A program made the position numbers and the translations under genes. The notes beneath the pieces were generated by a model that saw nothing but the letters and a program-made list of their open reading frames with translations, searched no databases and was not told the origin of the DNA. DNA of 64,000 nucleotides. Origin: Heptranchias perlo. Taxonomy: Eukaryota. The stretch covers positions 26,970,001 to 27,034,000 of the forward strand of contig NC_090350.1 in the NCBI RefSeq assembly GCF_035084215.1, given 5' to 3'. This document shows, one piece after another, positions 1-13,900 of this stretch (position 1 is its first letter; each line of letters starts with the position of its first letter).

Positions 1-934
1 AAATGGCCACAAATGGGCTTGTCTCATTCGTAGTTGGTGGGCAAGAAGTGGTGTTAGTCAGGCGGTGAGGTCGGAAAATTGCTTCGCTGTCACAATGATG
101 TCACTTGACCCCAATTTGAATTTAATCATGGGGCTCCGCCGGTTTCAGATGGGAGCACTGACCGCCAGGATTAATGTCCCCTGGAGAATCTGACCAACTG
201 TAAAAGCAGCGGTAAGTGGGCAGGACAAACAGCCGTTTTGTTTTCCATTGGCTACCAACCAGTTTCTGAGCACATCAGGATGGTGAAGAGACGAAAATGG
301 TCCCCTAGAATTCTTCATTTTAAAATTGCTCACTAATCACCGCAGGCTTATGTCAGGCGTGCAGAAGAGGGTGACAAGATTGTTCTGCTTATTTATCCTA
401 GTGAAGATAGCTGAGACAAGAAAAAATTGTTAAAGGGAATTATCTGACTCTGCTGCTCTGGAAAGAAACCCGGTGCAGCTGAGCTACACCATTGTTAGAT
501 CTGGTTCCAAATGTAAAAGGCCTTGCCTTCAGTGTAAGTCTGTGATGACGGGATAACATTTATGCTGTCAAATGATCATTGAAGTAGAGTGATGGAAGCA
601 GGAGAGGTGATTTTCTGGTACTTTAGTAATCTATCTTACCTGAGCTTTGCCTGTCAAGATGATTTTAGTGGGACATTGCATAATGGTTTCCAGTGCAGAT
701 TTTCATTCACTTATGACAAACATGACCAATGCTAAGAATCCTTCCTTCCCCAAGTAGCCTTGGTTCCTGCACTGATTGACTAACTGCATCTGGTCCTTTG
801 GAAAGGATTGTTTCTCTTGTTCAAGTGGCTCTTGAACAATAGATTATCGCATATCAGGTATAATATTTTATTAAGACCTTAGCAGGGTTCCAATAACTTG
901 CAAAATGTCTAAATTTAGAAGGGCATAAGGTTTT

Positions 935-1400
935 GCTATGTGAATGTTGTATTGCTTTCCCTGGTTTGAATGTAGTTTTCTTATCCCTTTTTGAATACTA
1001 TCATCGTTTTCCCTTGTCTGAAAACTGTCCTGCTTTCCTTGAATAAATTGCTATCTCTTGACCTTCGTAACTGCCCTTTTCTCTTTATAAATACTGTTTT
1101 CTGGCTTCCCATATGTGCATATTGTTCTACCATTCCCTGTTTTCTCTTCTCTCTCTATGAAAGGTCTGTCCAGTTTTCGCTGTTATACACTGTGTAATGA
1201 TTATTTGCTGTGTCTTGTTTGAATGCAGTTTCCTTATTTTCCTTTATGAATACTGTCCACCTTTTCCTGGTGTGGGTGCTGTTTCCTGCTTTACTTTCCT
1301 GCTTTACTTTCCTGCTCCCACTGTGACTAGAATTAATTTTTCTGTAAATATTGTCTTGCATTTTCCATTGTTTCCTTGCATGGGGTTTTCACCTCATTGC
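935..1400. repeat. Degenerate pyrimidine-rich minisatellite, period ~26-28 nt
   Basis: Recurring gaata/gctgt...tttcc(c/t)tg units. Confidence 0.5.
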
Positions 1401-4400
1401 TAACAAGCTGCTTGATATGTCAAAATAATTTTGTTCAAGGCTATTTAAATTATACAAACTGGATTCTTGTAAGTTTACCTGTCAAATTCTGTAATAATGA
1501 AAACTAGGTGATTTTCAGTAAAATGAGTAGCTTCCCACAAACAGTTCCCCAATATGATTGCTGCTTAAGTATAACCAGAACTGCAAAAATTGTGTTTGAC
1601 CCTTGGACTCACAAAATTGTAACTAAATGACTTAATTAAAATAACATCAAGATCTTACTTTTAAAAAAGCCTGCTTATCTCTTACTTCAATGATTTGACT
1701 GACCTAAGACCATTCCTCAATAAAAAATTCTGAGGGGAATTTAAATCTGCAAAATCTTTTCAAATTGGAAAGCATCTTTAATTTTAAGAGATTTTGCAGA
1801 GCTTCCAACCCACAAGAATAATCTTGAATGCATTGATAATCTTGGGGGGGAAACCTGAATAATGAAAAGTAGGACCAGTAATACAAATGCATGTGTCATA
1901 TAAGGGATCTGTGAAAGTTCAAAGGTCCATCTTAGCACATTACCAGATACTTTGCTTGCTAGCCAGCAAGACATTCTTTACTGGGAATTTTTATTCCTTG
2001 ATAAAACTGACTGAAGGTCCAATTTTTTGTTCAGATTATTTCCCTACCATTGCAATTCCATTTTTTTCAGTTCTTGGTGCTTCAGCTAGAAATTTCACTA
2101 AGTGGATACAAAATGTTCACACTGGGAAAACGACAAATTAACACTGGTAAAGGAGGTTTTCAGATGGATGGGAACATCAGTTGAAACAGGCTGTTAATAC
2201 ACAGGATTCAAGTTCACAACTGGCTCAAATTTGTAAGCCACTGGCATTTAAAGATGAAACTGGAGACGAGGAGACACAGTATATGAGAATTCTGTCATTT
2301 CATTTTTAAGGCTAGGCCAAATCCAACCTAAACAGATGGGATTTTGAAAAAAGACTCATTTTGACAGCTCTTTAAAGCCCAAAGGGAAATGAGCTCAGGC
2401 AGTCACAATCCAGTTCCCAGAGGGCATAAGTAAAACTGCCCTCAAATTTACACAGCAAATGACACTAATTTGGCAACCTCACTTTGAACATGGGAATCGG
2501 AAATGTCAGATTTTGTGGCATTGACCGTATAGTATGGCTAGCCTTTCTGAAGTTGTACAATGTCAGGACAGTTTAATGAGTGCTTTGCTTTCTATCTGAC
2601 AAAATGAAACTTAAGACAATTATCTTACCATCAGAAAACGTTATTGTGCTGTTGTTCTTCTTCCCCGCCCCTTCCAAGGTAGTGTAGCATTTCACAATTA
2701 CATATGTACAGTAAAAGTCTACTGCAGTGATAATTTGTGAATGTGTGTTGGGAATTCTACAGGGAATAAAATCAAAGTGAAGGGTGATTCTTCATGGAAC
2801 TCACTCCTTATGATCTATAAAAATGTCTTAAGTACATAAAATTATTTTAATGCTCACGAGGCCTAGTGGCTTCTTGAGTGTTTTCTCTCAAAGCATTGAT
2901 ATTTACTTAGTGTCCTGGATAGAGTGTTTTCATTTCTGTCTTGTAATAATTTGGTCTAGTTTTCCCACAGACTTTTTACATGATTTTGGCTCAAATTAAC
3001 ATTTCGTGCACTAAGATTATGCTGTTAATTTATCGACAGCATCCAGAAATCTTCAAAAATGTTTTTCTTCCCATTTTAGCCACATTTCACAATTTATATA
3101 AAACATTTGTTTTGTGGATGTTACATTTTGAAGGTTTCAAGTATTGTGTTTTTGTAACTGTATTCAGGAACATGCCATTACAACCATTATTACATCTTGC
3201 AGCAGTACTTAAAGTGAACAGATTTTTGGGGGAAAGTAGCAATTTAAGATATGAAATCATTTTTACTCTTACATGGCTGTACTGAATCACACCTTCAGCT
3301 CCAATAACAGATTCTAAAATATTGCTTATATTAATGACAAAATGCCTGTGATATCAGAGCATTATCAATGATAATTACTTGAAATATAAAGAAGTTAATC
3401 AACACTGTAACATTACATATGATGAAAGTCTTCTATTTACACAGGAATTCTGATATCTTCAGGATGTCACACATGGACACACTTCATGAAAGAATTGTTA
3501 AAATCCACTATATGGTGCAGCCAAAACTGAATAATCAAAGTAATGTCAATGACTGTTTAATTAACACGTAACTGACAGTGCTAAAAACATGCTTTGATAA
3601 GACAGCACAGAGTAGGCAGGAAGAACATCTAATTTTTTTTAGATTTGTGGCTATCGTATCAGGTGATTCAGTTGGCCGCAGGCCAGCAGAAAGGCACAGA
3701 TCACAGGTCCTACACTCATAATTCAGTTTGCCAGTGCAGCAGGAATAAATGGCAGCCAGCTTAGTTGTGATGTAGTATTTGCAGTCAGAGCGAACAGAGG
3801 AATGGAAAAAAACCAGGAGAGGGGTGGGTAAAAAACAGTAGGACAGAGAGATGGGAAAAAGGAGAGAAACAGAGAAGCAGCATAGAAAAATCATTGGGAA
3901 GAAAGGGAGAGTAGAAAAAATGACAGGAGAGAGAAACAAGCTAAGCTAATAAGTACAGAGGTGTATACGGGGACAGAATGAATAAAACAAAACAGTTGGA
4001 TAAAGAAATAGAAGCAAGACAGCAACAACAAAGAAAGGTAAACAGTAAGTAACATAAATATATATGGTCTATTCAATCCAAATTTGCTAAATTCAAATTA
4101 TCAGATAATTCAATTTTTTGGTACTAAATTCTCATTTGACTTTGTTATTTACATTGCTTCATTCAAATTATTGGATAATTCAATTTTTAGCACAAAAAAT
4201 GACTGAATTATGAAGACTAAACTTAGCTCAATGTTAAAGGTCCTACATTTTGATTTAAAACAGCATCACCAGCTTTCTAAACTTACAGCGAACTCAAGAA
4301 CAATTTGAGTATCTGTACAGGACTCTCTCAACTTCTTATGTGGTTGTAACAGTTCCTACTTATCCTGGTTATGGAAAAAGGACGGGCTAAGTGTACATTC

Positions 4401-7339
4401 ATACAGGACACAGCCAACTGAGAGCAAATTGTTCTCAAGATTAGAGGGCTGATTTACATTGTTTTTTTCAAAAGGATTCTGACTTCCTCTGTCTGAGGCT
4501 GTGTTTCAAGCCCTGTCATGTCCTGATGTCATGGCATCACAAGACAATCCACGATAGGGAAGATGAGTTTGGAATTCAAACTACTGAAGACTAGGATTAT
4601 GCTGCAGTCGAGGATCTTCAGTTTGGGTTTCAATCTCAGCTGCTGGGGGGGGGTTTCATTTTCCAATTCCAAATGCAATCAGAAGTCACATTGCTTATCT
4701 AAATCTGGGATAGATTTTCATGTGTCCGATTCCATCAGGTGAGAGGCGGGTGGTGGAAACCCACTGCCTGATGGAATTGGTCCGAGGCCCATACAATTTT
4801 TCATGGTGAAGCCTCATTTCCATATCCACCAGAGAGCGTCTGGCACATTTCCAGCAGCTCGCCAATAAGAGAGGGATGAAAATCTGATGGTCACAGCCCA
4901 GTCTGATTTGTAAGCCAATCCTGGGGCAGGCTGACCCCACAAAAATCATTTAAAAAGTTTAACTTACCAGTGTTTGAGCGGCCTGCAGCGGTCCCTTTAA
5001 GGACCACTGGTTAGGCTGCTCAATGCAAGAACCAATGGACAGAATGTATACGGCACATGCTCCGCCCATTGATACCTGAAAATTGCATCAGGATTCTATT
5101 GACATCATAGGACCATGATTTCTATAGGCTAATGAGGCGTTCATCTGCCTACGGATTGACCCTATTGTATATGAGAAGTAGCATATGAAAAATGGTAGGT
5201 TATATAAATATACATCTGATTAATATTCCATTGGCCACAGCTAGAAAACACATTTCTAAAAACTGACTTTAAAAAAACTCCAATAGAAAAAGAATCACAT
5301 AAAACCTGAGATTTCATCTAGTCCTCTGAGAAACATATGGCCGCTATTAGTTGGCTTTTTTTTATAACCACTCTTCTGTAGAATCATAGAAATAAAACAA
5401 TATTCTCATATTAACGATATAATTTTTCAAATAAGCCAGTTTGTTGACTAAAATACAGGTAGTTTTTTTAAAAACTCAAATGTATCTCTATTATTAAAAG
5501 TTTTGTGTTCTTAATATTGTAATACTGTAGCAAGCCTGTAAGGTTGCTAATGTAATTAGCATGGATCTAGAGAAAGAATCAGAGTCCAACATTTCTTGAT
5601 GCTCATCACATGGTACAGGAGCATGCTAACCATGTAGCACCACATACCAATCAAATCCCCACAAAAGCACATAAGGAGGATAATTAAATTAAGTGGGGAG
5701 TTTGTTGAAGGAAAAGGATTACATGTAGTTAGGAGTGAGTTGCAGCTTCAGCTTCAGTGTGTGTTACTGAGGAAAACAAACAAAAAGCCAGAGCAGAATA
5801 GCAACCAAGACAGAAGTTCAAGATTACAGCAAATCAAATCATCGCATAGTTGTCAATGAAGAATAAAAATATCAGAGAGAGAGGAATAGGGAATGAGCTC
5901 ACAGTGGGAAAAGAAAGGCTTGGAGGTAGAGAAAGTAAGCCATGAAAGAACAAGGACTCCACTTCTGATCACAATGGACTAACCATCACCCATCTGCAGC
6001 AGCAGGGAGAGGTAAAACCCCAATCAATATAAATATGTAAGCAGGGCCATGGGAGAATATGCAGTATTTTTAATAATTGGTACTTCGCAAACTTAAAGTA
6101 GAAATCGCTACTTTCTGTTTATATATCATAAAGCAAGGTACAGTTAGAGGCAAACACAACTTGGCCAGATATTTCAAGAGCACAACTCTGATATATGCGA
6201 CTTGAAAGTATAATGGAGACTGCCATCAGACTCCACAGCAACCACCTCTCACAAAGGAAAAAAACAGCTGTAGCAGAAACACGAGAAGGGGACTGAATGA
6301 AGGGGGAAAAGGAGAAAACAAAAAAGGAGAAATGAATCAAAAAGAACAATTAAGGAATAACCTGGGAGGGGGGGACACAAAATAAAAGCAAAAAACATGA
6401 ATTAAGTCTACTGTGCAACAGTATATAGATGAAAACCTTAAAAATATAGTCAAGGAAACATTTTGTTCAATTTTTTGAGTTCTTTGTAGAAAAAACATGG
6501 TTCTTGCCAGTTCCAATTGCAAGCTATTGGAATTTATTTTGAGAAAATCCCTCTTTCAAGTGAAAAAATATGAACTTTAACAATAATTTGCTTCCCTTGG
6601 CTCACATTACACAGTCCATTGCTTATCAGTAGCAAGCCAATCAAACTCCCTGCTGAGCTATAGTTCCAAGCGACTCTTAGTAAAAGCAACATCAAAGTCC
6701 AAACTCTGGCTAGGTATTTATGCTGAAATGTAATCACTTATATTATCTGCTGCTAAAATAAATTAGCTGGATTAGTTGATGCAATCTTTTAATTTTTTAA
6801 TTTCTTGCAGTTGTACATTAATTGCATCTTTGGTTCCCTTACTGCCTAGGAGTTCTTTTCATGTGATTTTTTCAAATAATAGTTTTAAACACTTTTATGA
6901 AAAAGCCACATATTCAACTCAAATGACCTCTCAGCTGATTTATCCTGTATAGAGAACAGGCCTCATATAAAGAACAACTCTGAATGAGCCCATTATACAA
7001 CAGAATGTTCTGGTATCTTGCGAGAAACGAAATGGGAATGCAGGGCTTAATAAATCTCTTCCATATATTCTGCTTCTTTAAAGAAACAACCATCTGATCA
7101 CATCAAGCTTAAAATCATCAACTAAATCTGAGATAATCTGCTAACTGTATCAACTTCACCAAAAATTGTATTTCAGGTTAAACAGCAATGTCTTCAAACC
7201 TCAATGTCTTCATTAAATGGTAAAATGGGTGAAAATTGGACTAAACCAGTTATGATAAATACTGAATTGGATTCTTTGAATTTCTTTCATCATAACATAA
7301 TTAAAACGTTTAATTGAAAACACTACACTGAGACACCAC

Positions 7340-7680
7340 GTAAGTTCTGGGTTCAATCCAATGCTGCGTTCGCTGATCTCAGTCGGGGTTACATAAAGGA
7401 AATTATGATTGTCCCCAACATCCCTGAATTATGAAAGGGGGGGGGGGGGGGAGAATGTCCAGGGGTCCCACTCCTCTTTGCTATCCAGTGACACTTGTTG
7501 AAAGTGCATAAAGTGGACTTTGGGTGAGAACAGGATATGGCTGAGTTATGATGCCTCACATAGCCATATAACTCACCAACACTTATTGTTATATGAACAA
7601 GGTACCAGAAGACAACCAGCACAGAAACATTGGATCATATCCCAGTAAGAAATTAATGCCGTCAGAAGAAGGCAGGGAAG
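7340..7680 (+). mobile_element. Old SINE-like interspersed repeat
   Basis: B-box-like gggttcaatcc followed by ctgatctcag...atccagtgac...gggtgagaacagg, shared with 42940-43230. Confidence 0.5.
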
Positions 7681-7805
7681 AAGAATTTAAAAAAATAAAC
7701 TGATAGTCTTATTAATAATTAATTTTGTGTTTTGCTGGCGTGTAAGAATTTTGTAACAGAGTCAAACCATGAGCCATAGTTTTCAGACCTAGAATCTGAC
7801 CGCAA

Positions 7806-8510
7806 GGGGTGAATTTTAACCCTCTCCACACAGAGGAAACCAGGCAGGCAGTTTAAAATATCCCATGCAACTTACCCCCTCCGATCCCGCTGCCTCCACG
7901 TGGATCCCAATATTAGCCCACTCTATAGCAGGTGAGCGAGATCCCCACCGGAAGGCAGCAGGGTCCTGCTTTAAATAGGCAGATCGGGCTCCAATGACAT
8001 CATCGGGACCCGACTGCAACATTAACCCGAGGCCTGTGTGGGCAAATCGCCGTGGCTTCCCTATCAGACTAAATCTGTTGGAAAGAGAAGCTGGGCCAGA
8101 AGAGACCCAGAAAGGTAAGTTTATTTTCATTTCTTTCAGTTTGCTTGTGGGCAAGGAGGAGCAGGAGTGCTTCTGAACCCCACAAGGGAACTTTAGGCCT
8201 CCCCTGCCCCGGTTTCCCTCCCCCTTCCCTGACCGCAATACCCTCCCGACCCCGCTCCTAAACACTTACCTTGGTGCTGGGGGCTGTTCCAATGGGTCTG
8301 CAAGGGCGGCCTTCAGGCTCCCAAAATCCCGTTCCTGCCTGCCGGCCAGACAACTCTTGCCATCGGGTTCCGTCAGGAGACCGATGCCGAGCGCATAGAT
8401 GAGGCCCAGTAGTTAAAATTTCCAGGCTTTACGCTGCAGAGGGCAGGATGACTTTCCATTCGCCTTTATCCTCACATACACCGATCCCGCTCTCCATTAA
8501 AATAGACCCC
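7806..8510. mobile_element. MITE / non-autonomous DNA element (PIF/Harbinger-like)
   Basis: TIRs ggggtgaattttaa / ttaaaatagacccc; GC-rich interior. Confidence 0.65.
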
Positions 8511-9045
8511 AAAGAGTCAACCTTTCAGTTGATTGTCCCAAACAAACCAGCCACATGCGACTAGCTAAAGATGCAGGAGTCATATGTTGACCCTGAACAC
8601 CACAAACCACCTACATATTGAGGGAACACAAGCCCCATTCGTTATTGTATCCTAATAGACTGGCTATGAGCATCTCTATCTCCACTTGTGTACAGTCAAC
8701 AGCATTCCAAACTCCAGGGAAGCCAACAATGGTATAAAATTGTTACAATCCATCCCTCTTTTGCTCCACAACTTTGTGGCCAAGCCTTCAGGAACAGTGC
8801 TTCAGTTACTTCCTAAACACAGTACAAGTTTGTGATACCTTTGGTGGTTACCTTAAATATCGTCTCCCTGTGATTGGGAAAACCCAGGAGACAGATAATT
8901 CATGGCTGCTGTCACTTTCACAACTACAGGCAGGGAAACTGGAGTCATTGAAGATCCTTTTGGATCATCTTTCAGTATTGCATATACCTCAGTCGAAGCA
9001 TCACTGAACCACTGTAAACACCACTCCTATTAAATTCAGGGCCTG

Positions 9046-9705
9046 TAACATAGGAACATAGGAACAGGAGTAGGCCATTCAGCCCCTCATGCCTGTGCCG
9101 CCATTTGAAAAGATCATGGCTGATTTGTGATCTAATTCCATATACCTGCCTTTGGCCCATATCCCTTAATACCTTTGGTTGCCAAAAAGCTATCTGTCTC
9201 ATATCTAAATTTAGCAATTGAGCTAGTATCAATTGCCGTTGGCGGAAGAGAGTTCCAAACTTCTACCACCCTTTGTGTGTAGAAATGTTTTCTAATCTTA
9301 CTCCTGAAAGGTCTGGCTCTAATTTTTAGACTGTGCCCCCTACTCCTAAAATCCCCAACCAGCGGAAATAGTTTCTCTCTATCCACCCTATCTGTTCCCC
9401 TTATTATCTTATAAACTTCGATCGGATCACCCCTTAACCTTCGAAACTCTAGAGAATACAACCCCAATTTGTGTAATCTCTCCTTGTAACTTAACCCTTG
9501 AAGTCCGGGTATCATTCTAATAAACCTACGCTGCACTCCCTCCAAGGCCAATATGTCCTTCCGAAGGTGCAGTGCCCAGAACTGCTCACAGTACTCCAGG
9601 TGCGGTCTAACCAGGGTTTTGTATAGCTGCAGCATAACTTCTGCCCCCTTGTACTCTAGTCCTCTAGATATAAAGGCCAGCATTCCATTAGCTTTATTGA
9701 TTATT
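9046..9705 (-). mobile_element. CR1 LINE 3' fragment (young)
   Basis: ORF 9132..9743 has LYKTLVRPHLEYC and LEFRRLRGD; (CCTATGTT)n tail. Confidence 0.93.
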
Positions 9706-10124
9706 CCTTTAACTCCTTGTAACTCCTTTTTGTATTGAGGCATTCCTTCTTCCCCAGATGATGGTTGCAGTTACTAGTACAAATAACATGTCCTTTCTCT
9801 ACCACCCAGAGTTTTCTTTTAAGGTAAGTGACAAGTGATTAAGTCCTGGCCGACCACCTAGATCTTCAGAATTTGCAGTATGGGTAAAGCTAATTGGTTC
9901 CATACCATCATTCTCCTCCCTCCTCCACCAACCCCCCAAAAAAAACTAATTAGCTCAATTTCTGTTTTCACACTACAGGTGTCAAACGATTGTTGCATTT
10001 TAAACTTGTGCTGGAATTTTCCTACCAGTTTTAACATCCAAAGAACTGTCATCTGCATGATGGAAGGTCAGCTTTAAATTTAATGCTAAATTGGGAAATG
10101 GTTCATTTATAATCTTGAATCATT

Positions 10125-10735
10125 AATCATAGAATCTTACAAAAGGAGGCCATTCAGTCCATTATGCTTATGCCGGCTCTTTGAAAGAGCTATCCAATTA
10201 GTCCTACTCCCCTGCTCTTTCCCCATAGACCATATTATATATATCTCCAATTCCCTTGCTATTTTTTTTTAAAAGTGTAACACAATAGTTAGAAACTATT
10301 TTATACCGTGCTTCCATATGATCCTCCTGGTCTTTGGGAGGCGTAGACTAGCACACTAGACTTAGGTTTTAAATGCCAAATTTACTAAATAAGGGACAAG
10401 CAAATAGCTGTAACACAAAACAAAGTTACTATTGAAGCTGCTTCCACCACCCTTTCAGGTAGTGTATTCCAGAACATAACTCAATACACAACAAAAGTTC
10501 TCATCGCCTCCTGGTTCTTTTGCCAATTTTCTTAAATCTGTCCTCTGGCTGTTGACCCTCCTGCCAGTGGAAACAGTTTCTCCCTGTCTACTCTATCAAA
10601 ACCCTTCATAATTTTGAACACCTCTATTAAATCTCCCCTTAACCTTCTCTATTCCAAAGAGAACAATACCAGCTTCTAGTCTCTCCACATAACTGAAGTC
10701 CCTCATCCATGATGCCATTCTAGTAAATCTCCTAA
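10125..10735 (-). mobile_element. Older CR1 3' fragment interrupted by an unrelated ~170-bp insert
   Basis: atcatagaatc tail, ggccattcagtcc, cccttaaccttctc and similar CR1 3' hallmarks. Confidence 0.7.
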
Positions 10736-13649
10736 TCAGTGTAGTCTTTTTATTTTACAAAAATTTCTTGTTGGGCCAGTGTCTATAGTCATTCATTCCA
10801 CATATTCAAGTACATATCACTTTGAACAAGTGATATATCTCTATCACTCAAAACTTTAGGAATAATTCTGAGAAAGCACGTAGTTATAGAGAAATTTTTT
10901 GTAAGGTTCATCATTCAGTACAATACCACCATCTAGTGGTAAACGATAAAGTTTGCCTTTCATCCAAATGTTCCATTTTATGAAGTTTCTCATTTGTCAG
11001 CAGCAAGGGCTCAATACCACAATTACATTTTTAGGGTAAATATTACATAAACAATTATTCTTTTTTCCTGGTCTATGAAAATATCCTTTAAACAGTATCT
11101 CCACTTTGTCCAATAATGGATGGTTCAGAATATTATACTGGGAAATCTTTAAGGCTCAAATCAGATATAGAACCATCTTCCTTTAATGTCATTGCTACAT
11201 TGTTAGGGCTTCATCAGATATTTCTCAGTTCTCAGCATCAAAGATCACTCCCATTAACGTGCTTTCGTTCCTTATGAACCAGAGTATACAAAATATCAAC
11301 TACTGTAGTGTTACTCAGGGATAATCAGAAGCTCTGGTCATTGAACTGACATGATTCTTTTCTAATCTTCAGCTTGTGGAAGAATAAACATTTCCAGTCT
11401 GATACTTAAGCTATAAACTACCTTCACTTTTAATAAACCTAATTTGTAAACAGTAGCACAAAATTAACAGATTTCATTTGATTCCAGAATGTTTACCTTC
11501 CACCTCACGTGCAAAATAATACAACACTTTGCAATTTTCCTAGTAATACTTGAACCATTCTCCGTAACACAGAACTCGTACGTGTGGTTTCATTTAACCA
11601 CAGAGTTTCTAATCTCTAGTTCTTCAGAACCCATCAAGATAAAGAGCTGTGGCAGGCTGCCAATAAGATATCTCACTGACTGGGCCTAAAGCTGTCAATC
11701 AACACCTTCCACATAGGGACATCTTTTGGACCATCTGTTGTAAGAAATATTGCTACTCCATAGGAGTTCTCAGGCATCTGGACTCTCAATCCACATCCTT
11801 CAGACAAAATTCATCTGGCCTGAGCTATACAATAAATGCTAGACAAGAATCAAATTTCACATGTTATTAAGACCTTTCTTTACCATTAATTCTTTTCAGG
11901 ATAAAACAAGCAGTCTGTATGAAGTGCTTTAAAATTAAAATGTCTTTGCATATGAAAAGTGTATGTCTCTGAATGGTTCCCCACAATGGCAGGTTCCAGG
12001 CACCCATAAGGAATTTAAATTTTACTCTCAACCCAGAGAAATTAGGCCTGCAGTAAAATTTAAAAGTGCCTTTATGACTTGAAATGTGACAGAACTCCCC
12101 GTCATAACTTAGTCCGCTGTTACATTAGGGTTTCTTTGGTTTTCTTAAACCCTAGATATTTTTGGCTTCTGTGTTCGTCTACTCTAGGCTCCCCACCGCC
12201 CAAAGAGTGCATTTTCATTTGCCCTGATATATAGGAAAATTTGTCATGTGCTAGCGAATGAACAGAGTACCCTTAATTTATTTAAGTTTTATACTATGCT
12301 TTCATACGATCCTCGTCACAGAATAGCATGACACTAGACTTTGACTTAGATTTTAAATGCCAAATGTATTGAACAGTAAGGAACAAGCAAATAGTAGCAG
12401 TAACAAGAAATTATTTTAGTGAGCTTAGCTAGTTCCTCGCCTCGTGGAAAATAGGTTGTAACTGTTGTGTTCAACTATTAATTTTTTTTTTTCTTTTCTC
12501 CTTGTCTAAAGAAGCTATCTGGCCTAATTATCTCTCTCTGAAGGCTCCAAACATACTCTTTAATTTGAAAAAGATAGGCTAAAAACACCATCAAAAAATG
12601 ACCAAGACTCAGTGAATTTAAATAACTATCAGTTTAATTCAAAAAGAGCCATCAAAAATATTTGAATAAATCACACAAGAGGTTTGAATTTGAATTAAAT
12701 GGCTTAGCTCCTCCCTCAGGCACCCACCCAGAAATCACCACTAATTTGGTAACAACTGTATATAAAGAAGAGTTGGAACATTCTTCTGTGAATGAAAAAT
12801 TAAAGACGTTCATGCCAAGCTATATCTTAGACAAAAATACTCCATTTCTGTCACATCCTTATCCCGCAAGGCCTGAAAGATATATGCCAGAATTTATTCA
12901 AATGTTTTTTAGTTAACTTATGAAATGTTATAATGTACTCAAAGCAGAATTCTATACATCCACAGTACAAGATTTAGGATCCAATTATACATCACATTGT
13001 GGCAAAGTTGAAAGCATACAACTCCAATATTTATAAAGAAACTCAAATGAATTGTGTGTATCTCAAATGCAGGGGGCTTGGTGGCATAGCATAATTAAGT
13101 CCCAATGCAGGGAATGTAAGATCACCTAATTTAATCATACTAGATAGAAATGGATGAAAAAACTCTTTTGGCCTATCTCAGCTCATTCATTCAAGAACCT
13201 ACAGTCCCTCCTTCATAGCATTCAACGGTTTCTTAAATGAGGTTTTTATTCCACATATCTATTCCATATGAAGAACTTATCAGTCCTAAATTTGCCTCTC
13301 TCTACTTTGAAACTGCATCCCTTATTTTACTGTAATGGTATAGCCTGAAGTAATGCTCTGCATTTACCTATTCCAGACCCCTTATTATCTAAAGTATCTA
13401 TATGAAGACTCCTCTTATTTCCTTCCCTTTGAGGCTCAATCACTCAAGCTTTTCCAATCTTTCTTCATAACTCAGTCTTCTGACAATATCTCGCATTTAT
13501 ATAGCACCTTTAAACATAGCAAAATGTCCCAAGACATAGCTTGGTTGGGGGGTGGGGGGGGGGGGGTGGGGGGAGGAGGAGGAAAAAGAGGGGGAGAGTA
13601 GGAGGGGGGCAAAGTGGAGAGGAAGCCTTATGGCCTTTCCCCACAGGCA

Positions 13650-13900
13650 TCAGAGGTGACACGAGGAAACATTTTTTTCACAGTGAGTTGTAATGATTTG
13701 GAATGCATTGCCTGAAAGGGTGGTGGAAGCAGATTCAATAGTAACTTTCAAAAGGGAATTAGATAAATATTTGAAGGGAAAAAAATTACAGGGTTATGGG
13801 GAAAGAGCAGGGGAATGGGACTAATTGGATAGTTCTTTCAAAGAGCTGGCACAGGCATGATGGGCCGAATGGCCTCCTCCTGGGCTGTACATACTGTAAC
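13650..13900 (+). mobile_element. CR1 3'-end fragment
   Basis: CR1 C-terminal/3' UTR sequence ending gggccgaatggcctcctc; similar to 25255-25530. Confidence 0.7.

Noticed and set aside
3535-4076. Hydrophobic ORFs resembling membrane proteins
   Set aside because: Translation of a GA-rich low-complexity tract; no domain or splice support.
4091-4190. ~28-bp AT-rich direct repeat attcaaattat..gataattcaattttt
   Set aside because: Short local duplication in AT-rich DNA with no further structure.
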